DNA of 64,000 bases from Lingula anatina (Eukaryota > Animalia > Brachiopoda), in the NCBI GenBank assembly GCA_051362555.1, contig CM120646.1, positions 6,758,001 to 6,822,000 on the forward strand, written 5' to 3'. Shown here piece after piece: positions 53,858 through 64,000 of this stretch; position 1 is the first letter of the stretch, and each line of letters starts with the position of its first letter. The translations under genes were made by a program, and so were the position numbers. A model generated the notes under the pieces. The model saw nothing but the letters and a program-made list of their open reading frames with translations. It was not told the origin of the DNA and searched no databases.

Positions 53858-56701
53858 AAGTTGACAAAATTCGTGCACCGTATTATATATCCGTTACCAA
53901 AAGCAGACTGAACCACAAATAATACATATTATGTTTACTGAAATCTAACAAACAGGCCACGTGGTCTCTATCACGCTTCCTGGACAGCGGCAATAACTTA
54001 ACATCGTTTACAAGTCTATTATAAAGCAATTCAGCCTCAATAATTAGAAACCCTAGACGAGGTAATGAGCTCCGAATGAATATCGGGTATCGGCCACACG
54101 CGTCTGGCGTTTGTATAGTAATAGATATAGAAACAGACATTTTAAATGTACATCGATGGACGCCTATGACCAATTCAGTTTTTGTGTTTTCTTGGGTATT
54201 GTTTGTTATATATGAATGAAATCAAACATTTATTTGGCATTTTCGTGACGATGACTTATATTTTGTGACTTTTGACAAAAAAGGATTGTTTTTTTATTAA
54301 TTATTGGCTTCAATACAGGAGTGTACACGTAGTAAAGCCTTAAATAGAAAAAAGCTCTCCGTGTCTTTGTTATTGTGGAAAGAGAGCCCATGCATATCTC
54401 AAAAATATGGAAAACACCTGTGTATCCCTTTATCACTACACCGTATGATAAACATCGGACGACAACATTGGGTTATCCACTTTTTGATAATAACCTGGGT
54501 GGATTTGCATTGTAAAGCTATCTTTCCATACAGATCTTATCAACTTACTTGCAAAATTGATAATTAGACTGTCCGTCATTAGCTAATTGTTTGAGTACGT
54601 TTATATGGATAATGGTAAGGATACAAGTAAAGGTAGTTTTGGATCCCAAAGTGCAGCCGTGAGACGTGGGATTTACCGTACATGGCGGATCTCTGATAAT
54701 TATCTTACACAATTTACGCTCGACCTCCCCCTCTGTGAACAAAGAAAGGAATTTTAATTTTCAGATTGAAGTTGGAGAAAATATGCTGGGCATTGAGTCG
54801 CTTATTACATGTGCTCTTTATTGTTTAGATCGTTTGATATTGGCGAAGGATCTTTTCTTGTTGCAATTTTCCATGACCAACTCTTCGCAGAGCCGCTAGC
54901 CGCGTTATTCATATTAGGTTTTCTATGAAAACGAAAACAGACAAATAATTAAGGATCAGAGACAGTTTTTGATTGCTTATACTAAAATTGATTATGATTG
55001 CACGCTCTCCTGATTTTAATCGACAGAAGATGTCCATTTGGGAAAGAGTGGACAACCGATGACTAGACAGCCCCGGGCACTTTGGCGGTGTCGATTCGCG
55101 CCGGAACTTTGGTGGAAAGCTTGGGTGGATTCTACCACAAAACAGGTGGAACATTTAACTATCGTCTCGCCAATGCAGTGATAAAAGTCTACATTGTATT
55201 CTGCCGTTAGTTTCATTTTTACAGTAATACATCGAGTCATTCAAACGTTACAGGAGAAATTCCTAGACGCCATCCAGCGTAACTCACAGGGAAGATTCCT
55301 ACCGAGGACAAACGTGTTTTGAAGCGTTTTATGATAATGCCTTTACATTGCAACTAACAAATCTTCCGTTACTCTTTGTATAAGTGATCCGATGGCTATA
55401 TCACTGCATATTCGGGGCTCGTACAAATACCTCACCAATGAAACAAGGGTACATTTGCAGTGTAAAACTACCATGTTTCGGAGTGCTTGGTTTTCTCTCG
55501 AGAGACCTATATATCATACATAATCTTTTAAATGAGTCTAGCCCTATGTTACCCAATGTTTGCACCATAAAATTAACACCAAGTTAGCTAATTAAATACG
55601 CAAAGAGAGTACGTTATCATTTCTCTCTCACTTCATCATGTAGGTTGTAAAACCCAGATGTATCATCTGTGCCTTTTATAATAACATAGTTTATATGGGC
55701 AAATATGAAAATGGATATTTTTTAAGCAAAAGGATATTTTACATAAATTCTTTGTATTGTATTGGCATATGCTCTGGTGGATTCAGGGTTTTACAAAGGG
55801 GGGGGGGAGATCGGAATAATTCAAATGATTTTTTCACTTACATCGGCAAATATGACACATTAAACCAAGTCAGTTATAATGTAATATGTAGGTAATGCTT
55901 AATGTCTTTTTTTTTCCTTTTCATTTTTTTTTTTTTATTTGGTGGGAGGGGGCGTACAAAAGGTGGTGTAGCTCCTAAACGGTGAGGGCTGTACGTTGTC
56001 ATTGTAATTTATCAATATAGAGTTCGGATTGGGCATAATAATTTGAAAACAGTTGTATCTACATGTTCATTCAATTGTTTTTTCTTGAAGTCTTTTATTG
56101 AAAGAATGAAATATCCGAAAAAGGTGGATGTGTTAAAGTCATATATCCGCATTCTGTTTTTTCAACATTTTATTTTATTTATATGCTTTTTTCCTGTCAA
56201 AGATTATAACAATATGATGGCTTTGGTATATATCAGGTTATGACCGAACAAAAGTCCACGGAGAATCAGCAAAATGCATAAACACAGAAAACGGGTGAAC
56301 GCCTCCAGGGCTGGTAAAGGCAGATGTCGGCGTTGCTCTAATTGCGTTATGTTAAAAGTACCATCTGAATATTTCAATTTGCTGGGCCGTAAATTAACAG
56401 CGTGCAAATTGAATGAAGTGAGAGTGGAGGAATAAATCACGGAGTTTTCTTGCCACTGACAGGTCACTGCATTTCTGCTGGAGAACTTTCAATGCACTTT
56501 GTATTGCGTTTAGGATCTTGCACCCTGAAAACTCAGAGGGTATCTGTGCATAGTTCGCATTTAAAGTATACAGAGTGTGATATGATCGAGAGTAGGTTGA
56601 AATGTTGTGAAACATAGCTACATTTGCGAATGTAGAATATCATTCATGACATGAAAATAATTTCTATATGAAAATATCTAATACCAATATCAAAGCGAAA
56701 C

Positions 56702-56756
<55 letters not shown>
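56702..56756. repeat. (TAT)n microsatellite
   Basis: Direct reading. Confidence 0.95.
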
Positions 56757-56758
<2 letters not shown>

Positions 56759-56979
56759 ATAATTTGGTTTACCTAAAAAAAGTCAATATTATAGTTTGAA
56801 AATCACTCGTTGGAAGAGTATTTGAAGGAAACGTTAATCCCACGTAAGTCTAGTTGAGTGATGACATCATTTCGATGCAAAAGTTCTGTGTAAAAAAAGA
56901 CATCTCGCTGTACAGGACGGAAAAGTACACATAATTAGCAGTATACAGAAAAGTACACATGCAGGATGAGAAATACCTG

Positions 56980-56983
<4 letters not shown>

Positions 56984-57048
<65 letters not shown>

Positions 57049-57070
57049 TGTGACATATATCCTGTGACAA
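56984..57070. repeat. (TA)n microsatellite followed by duplicated ATATCCTGTGACA
   Basis: Direct reading. Confidence 0.93.
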
Positions 57071-59881
57071 AGTATCCTTGTGAATCTGGCAGAAAGTAGA
57101 CAATTGTCAGGAGAGATGGTGTAAGTTGAAAAAAAAACCTCCCACCATCAATATCACCTCAACCTACCACTTCTGGACAAAGCGTTCCGTCATTTTAATC
57201 CACCTATTCTGTGTTTCAATTCTTCCATTGTGCAGCAATAAATAATCAAAATAATTATGTTTCTAATTTTCTCCTTAGGGAACGAATTAAATATATTTTT
57301 AGTTTTCAGAAAAAAATTAATTCCATTAATCCATTATCATTAGGTGATTAATTTCGTGATTTTCAGGGTGAGTTTTTACCTAATAACAGAGCGTCGTCAC
57401 AAAGCGTGCATTCGCTTATAATAATAACAGGTATCGTAGGAGAGAGGACGATTTATGGGTTGGTTTCTCATGGGATCTTTGGTGCTGCCTGATATTACCC
57501 AGGGTTCACGGCGATGCTTTCTAATTCTGATTATTTCTTAATTAAAATGGGATAAAACACCGATTTCATGGAAACACAAATACAATGGACTCTTTCCCTA
57601 ACGATTTATTACCGTGAAGACCCCTTTATATCATTTTGTATGAAAAATATATTTTATTAATAAAGTTGGGCATGAAATATTGATTGAACCAAAGAAAAAA
57701 ATCAAGGCTGATATTTATTCAAGTGCAAGGTAATTTTGTTTTCCTCATATAAACGGACAATAAAACCCCCTTTTTAGCATTGCAAAAACGTATTGTAATT
57801 CTATAAATTTGATACATAGTGGGTCTAATGGCCTGATCTAATAATTTGACAATTTAATATTGGAATATGAAAAAATATACTTTTAAATCCATCGTTTTAA
57901 TTAAATTTGACCGTAATGAAGGTCTGGTTAGACTAAACGGATTCGCCAAATGTCGATCTTGGTTTGTTCACACTTTTTGTACGCTAGTTTACTCTGAGCA
58001 TGAGGGATAATCTAGTTTTCAATTAACAATTATACTAGGAAAATAAACAAGATAATCTGTATAATTGGAGTTCCGACACACATATTGTGTCTTTCAGCTA
58101 AACCATGAGAGAGCAAACTCTCCACAAATCTTTCTGGTGTTACGTTAAACTAATTAATTGTTTGTGTGGGGATTTCGTTTACTTGGCCCTCTAACACAAT
58201 AGCCAGACTAACCGACTGTCATTATCTAAAAGTGTACCGGTCCAGTAAAATATACCGCTTGATGTGAAACGAGAAGAAGATCAAGTCTATACAGGCCATG
58301 CTGATACATGTTGTATTGTCTCGTGCAATATTATTGAGAAACAGGTCTATTCTAGGCAGACAGCAAGGCTAGATTATTCTGAACATGTATACAAATAAGC
58401 TCACAATTTCTGTAGAAAGACACCTAAATGTTTAAATCAATGGAAAACACAAGAATAGGTTACGCCGAAATAAGGAATGGGTTACTTTGATCCTGGCGCT
58501 GAGTAGAATACAGAAAAGCTGGTGATTATACGATACGATGGAAACAAGAGGCGTGTTAATCTGTTTAACTGATTGCATTCAACGAAAGTCCCCGAGGAGT
58601 TGAATAGATCTACGTATATACACCGACAGTTTCGTTAGGAATGAGCCTTAGGTCATCGTGCTGGACGAGCTGACCACATTGCTCACGGGCACCGAGTTAT
58701 CAGTAGTGAGAGGATGTTCTCACGCTAGTCACACCCTGTGGTGAGATGATGCGGGAAATGAAACAGACAACCGACTCTTCTTCCTTATTATGGGGGATAC
58801 CATGGTTTGCGAGAAAATTATTAAGTTTTTTTTTAATAGTGAAATGTATTAAATTTTATTTTGTCTCTGTTTTGGTATAGGAGTGAAAGCTTGAGAGGGC
58901 GTGGCCTGGGTATTTTTGACCACAGGTTGGTGGTTTTTATAGTGCAAAGTGGGTGATATTTATGGTGGTTTTTTATTTTATTTTATTTTCATTATTCATA
59001 TTTTTTTGTAATTTGCCATCCTTTAAACAGCCAATTGCTCCAGTCTGGGACGTTTTCACATCAATTATTCCTTTTAACGTGTGGATGGTTATTTTTGTCG
59101 AACCTGTCTCCTCTTGCTCTCGTGCCCCGAATATGAAGAGCAGCGCCAAACGTTGCCTCGCCCAGTTTGGTGATATTTTCCCTCCACTTTTTGCTTTGCC
59201 TCTTCTTAAAGAAAAGCGTAGAGTAGATCTATAGCATTTACTACTTATCAAGACAGACCCAGGGGGCATCTGCTTAGATGAGAAAGCCTCCAGGCAGGAC
59301 AGAGGGGACTAGTCAGAGACCTACCCACCTGAGGGCAAACCTTGACTCCACCCTCGTCCGGTCATACGTCACTTTGACCTACATATTACGGACCTCAAGG
59401 ATGACGTAACTTATTTACGTATGTTTTGTATCATTGTGTTTGTATTTACAAGTCTGAGACAAATATCTAAAGAAACGTTAATGAAGGTACCTGTAGCAAA
59501 CCTACCTCTTTACATACCCCATAAGAGTCAAAGAATGATAAAAAAATTGAAAAGTCAAATGAAACTCATTTTACGTACCGCATTTCCCCCCTTTATAAGC
59601 TCCATAATTCCACTGGTTTTAAATTCTTTACGTTCGCAGTACATGCTGAATGCGAATCTGAATTGACTTGTTGCTTGTCGTACATTTTTGGGATCTTTTT
59701 GTGGTAATACGAACACTATCAATTGCGATAGATAGCTCGTTCCATTGAGACCGTGGACTGTTTAGCGGTCGCCCTGCGATGCGAACTTGTCTCACCTAAT
59801 GCAACTACCGGTGGACATGCATTGCGTATTTCCAGCCATTGTGCATTATATGCACTTGCAAGTGTATTTGGCTTCACCTAA

Positions 59882-59882
<1 letters not shown>

Positions 59883-59912
<30 letters not shown>

Positions 59913-59929
59913 AAGAAAAAGAAGAAGAA
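59883..59929. repeat. (AAG)n microsatellite
   Basis: Direct reading. Confidence 0.95.
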
Positions 59930-60377
59930 TTTATTTTGTAAATGTGTGCAAATCTCACGTCTCATTGCAGTTTACAAATATCATTAAATGTAAAGTCCTA
60001 GGATGCGTTCACTCCACGATAGATTGTGAACACACTCTACATGTAAAACCACAATCATGGCTAAATATAGACATAGTCAAGGATAATTGTTTATGTAATT
60101 CAAAATGAAAGGATTATTCGTGTAAAGGGGGTTTTAAGCACACCCACTTGTTGTTCGCGTTACTGAACCAGTTATTGCATAAAAAAAAATAAATAAATAA
60201 AATAAAATAAAATAAAATAATAATAATAATCGCATTAATTAACAAAATTGTTTATAAGTGAAAGGGAATTGTTGGCTGGAAATGCTCCATACTGATTCGA
60301 CATTTTAAGACTGTTATTTCCATATGCACACAACACACAACATTAAAAAGTGTTTTCCGAGATAATTATTGTATTTT

Positions 60378-60647
60378 CAGGAGCGGGTCCAGGATTATTT
60401 GAAGAGGGGTCAACGTAAGCGAAGCCAACCCCCCCCCCCCCCTTGGCGTAGGGTTCGGGGCCCACTGAAGGATAATGGTATTTTAGAGGGCAAACGGTGT
60501 CATTTGGTACGCCCGTTTACAACTGTGATTTAGCTAAGCAAAATTCGAATTTCAAGAGGGGATCCCATTGGTGTGATTTTTTGCAGAAATCGAAAGGGGG
60601 GGGGGGGGGCAGGACCCCCCTGACCCCCCCCCCCAAATCCGCCACTG
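60378..60647. mobile_element. Degenerate MITE with CAG-type termini
   Basis: CAGGAGCGGGTCC at the left end and AAATCCGCCACTG at the right form an imperfect TIR related to the 42133 element. GC-rich interior with poly-G/poly-C runs. Confidence 0.6.
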
Positions 60648-61706
60648 TGTTTTGTTCAATCTGGCATCTCTCTAGGTGTATTCAGTCTATTATTTCGTTT
60701 TTGTTTCAACAACTACATGCAACTCAGTTTCTGAACGTTAACTGTTAAGTGATCTTTTGATCATAATCTTTATTCTATTACAAATGATTCAGCTCATTTT
60801 TCCTTTTAAAACAAATCAAATTATATTCATTATTAATTACTGTAGTAATTGGTAGATATTGCGTTCGTGTGTATACCTACTGGATCAGATTTCAGTTGTG
60901 TTAGTTGTGAAGAGGAATCGCAACCGTCACATTGATGGCTTAGCCAAGTGATGGTGATGGACATATTTCCAATGAAGTCACAGTAGCCTACTTTCCTCAA
61001 TGTTTTATTTTCATTCAGTTAAGTGTTGAATTTCTATCTTTTTCAAAAGGACATGTTTCCGTATATTCTTCTTAATGCTCAAAACTTATGTTTTATCAAA
61101 TCATGTTTCGTGTTTTTGCGTGTATTTTGTTTATATATTCATTTACCATATTAACCATTTGGTGTGTTTCCGATGCCACATATTCAAGTTGAGTCCCATC
61201 GACTCAAGTAACTGATCTCTTCCACGCATTTTGTAGGTAATGAGTTGGAATTTCAATGACTAAAATCATATCTGTTAGTCCCTTTGACTAAATATGAAAT
61301 GTTTGTATTTCCGTTTGTACACGAATATGTTTGATTTCTACCATAAAATCTGTCATCGTCATAACATTTCCTGGGGATAATTGCAAAATAAGTATGATTT
61401 AGCCTACCAATAACCCACAACTATAATTATTATAAGTTTGAAAGCATTTCATGCATATTTGTATTGCTATTTGCCTTCATAAACATTGTTAATACTTCTG
61501 TCTAATATTTATAACAAGCAAGCGAAAAATGGACTAGGTGACTTCCGTTTAACGAATTTGAGCTAGAATCAGTTTGATCATAAATCAACATTTAAGATGT
61601 GTTTATTTGTATAGGAGGGCACGGCCATTTTATCTTTGACACAAGAACCCCCGCTGCGCAATCATTTATTTTGATACTTACCAAAGAATCAACGTATGCG
61701 CATTTT

Positions 61707-61707
<1 letters not shown>

Positions 61708-61766
<59 letters not shown>
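61708..61766. repeat. (TAT)n microsatellite
   Basis: Direct reading. Confidence 0.95.
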
Positions 61767-61768
<2 letters not shown>

Positions 61769-64000
61769 AGTAACCTGCCTCCCCTAATGAGTTAAGAATT
61801 CAAAATCCCCGTCCATTAACACTAATGTTGTCTTGTCTTTTACACTAACAGGTCTATCAAACATAAACTTATAATGTACTTGACACGCTTGAAATTATTT
61901 GGTTTTTAGTTTTCCATCCGCTTGTGTTTATCAACTTGACCTGCGTATCGATTTACGATTTGCGCATCGATTATTTCACTGAAGAGATGGTTTTCTTCGT
62001 TCAGGATAACTAACGGCGATGGTCGGGAAGAAAAACCACATAAATAATTTTTGCTCATAAATCAAACTGATGCATGATAAATAGACAAACAAAGCGAACT
62101 TAATTTAGAGATAAAAAATAAATGAAGGCCGCCGTCTATTTTCATAATTGAAATGTAATACGAACTCTTTCATTTTACCATAGGAACGTCTCCATCTGTT
62201 CGCGCCCTCTCGTGTCAAACAAAGGAGCCTCTTGAAGCAAAAGAGCGATGACGTCATCCAAGTCATTTTCAATTGAGCGTGGCTAGCTACCGCAGAAGTT
62301 TTCATTGAACGTTTTATCTTAAACACACCTATACACACAGGGAAATAAGTCATAAATATCCGTCTATGTACAAGGTAAACTAATAAAATTACTAGGCGGC
62401 AACTTTCAAAGGGGCAGTTATTCGCAAGTCTGTCAACAGCCAAGGCTGGTGGCATGGGTTGGCCGGGGAGCCCCAGTTTTGTGATTAATTCCCCTTTTGA
62501 GATAAACGCGTTCGGTTCAGTGAAACTCAATGGTAAAAACAGGTGTGATTATTTTCTTGTCACTGGAAATACGCCTACGAAATTATACGATAGAGAGGTT
62601 TGTACCCATTGGTACCATTGCTCAATATTAAATATTACATATATTTAAACAGCGATAGTTTTTAATCATATCAGTAATTTGGGGGGAAGTTTGAAGGCCG
62701 ACACTCCCATCCCCGATAGTAAAGGCACTGCAGTGAAGAAAGTAGCCGCTCAACAAAATAGTAAACACTTATAAACATGGTATTTTTAACATTTTATAAC
62801 ACAGCCTAATCCTCAGTTGTTGACTTAAAAATGATAATTTGGTATGTTAGGTATAATTGACATACAAAAAAAAAAAAAGTATTTTGAATTGTGTAGTATG
62901 CCTGGTTTTCATGGTACACCATGCTTATTTGTAAATATACATGTAAAGCTACTTGTTGAGTTATATTATACTAAAATGTAAAACAGTCGTGTATTCTGTA
63001 TCAAATTTTAACTAACGTGGTAACTGGTTAGCATAATGCAACTAAAATATGTCAAGTCCATATACAATATGATGTCAACATAGGTGTATATAAACAGTAG
63101 ACACAGTGGTCTTTCCTCCTTCTTTCCAAAAAAAAAATAAATGAAACAATAAAAAATAAATAAATAAATAAATAAATACTCTCCAACAAAAATTGTTTTT
63201 AACTAGTACGGAATGAAGAATATGGAAGTCCAGGGTTTCCCAGAGTCTGTACGATGAGATTGAAATTTAATCAGTAAGGGTTTAATTATTTCAAAACAAG
63301 TTTTAAATATTTGTAAAATCTACGTTATCAATGTTTGTCTTGATTTTGAAAGTATCTGGCATCTCCTAGAAAAAAGCTGCGTGAAATAGAATATAGACTG
63401 GGGTATTGAGAAAACGGCTTTTTATACGGACACATGCTCAAAGTTTTATTATGAAATAATTATTAGATTTCACATCGGGGGAAACTTACACGTGCAGTAA
63501 AAAAAAAGAAAGAAAAGAAAATGGAATGTATTGAGATCTAGAGATGTGTCCCAACTAATGTGATTATATTATTGACCTCATACGCACTTTTCAGGTCGGT
63601 TATGATCAGTAAAGTGCAATGATTGCGGGAATCGGCCATAAACAACATTTGAAAAGTTCATGTCAATTACGCTGATCTTAATAAACCGCTTGAGCCCAAA
63701 ATAAATGAGCAAACGAAAGGAAAATATAAATAAGAAGCTCTTAATAATTTTGACTCTAGAATAATATTTCTTTTAATGCTCTAGTGTAAAGAAAAAGTAT
63801 TTTAATTTGATTTTATTTAATTTCAACGCGTGGTGTCTATTCAATGCTGGAATATCACACTTTGAAATATGCTTAATTTATGGCGCCACAAATCTTCTGT
63901 CAAATGGATAGATCATATTAAATGAGGTGCTTTGTTCAATTAGGCCCTTAAAACTTCTGATACGAAAAGTATGCAAGCAACACAACTCGTTTCGATTGAA

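Overview
AT-rich, microsatellite-rich animal genomic DNA from a Hox cluster, most likely spiralian (lophotrochozoan). Two genes are supportable, and they face each other tail-to-tail. (1) The last coding exon of a Hox1/labial gene on + (17522-17793, full homeodomain). Its hexapeptide exon is not in the window, so 1-17521 appears intronic. (2) A complete two-exon Antp/Hox7-like gene on - (exon 1 51995-51089, a 22.6-kb phase-1 intron, exon 2 28494-28259; about 380 aa), with a compact CCAAT/NRF1/TATA promoter. An inverted central-class Hox gene directly beyond the 3' end of Hox1 breaks canonical Hox order. From memory this resembles the rearranged cluster reported for the brachiopod Lingula, so it may not be new. 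Other points of interest: a degenerate hexapeptide (LFNWMK), a candidate 12-nt microexon that would restore an Antp-type SQF linker, a uORF whose stop overlaps the Antp ATG, co-oriented CTCF-like motifs at the junction, Pbx-Hox motif clusters, several MITEs and a diverged tandem duplication. The remaining short ORFs look non-coding. I cannot support a wholly novel biological system; the regulatory and splicing calls are motif-level hypotheses.
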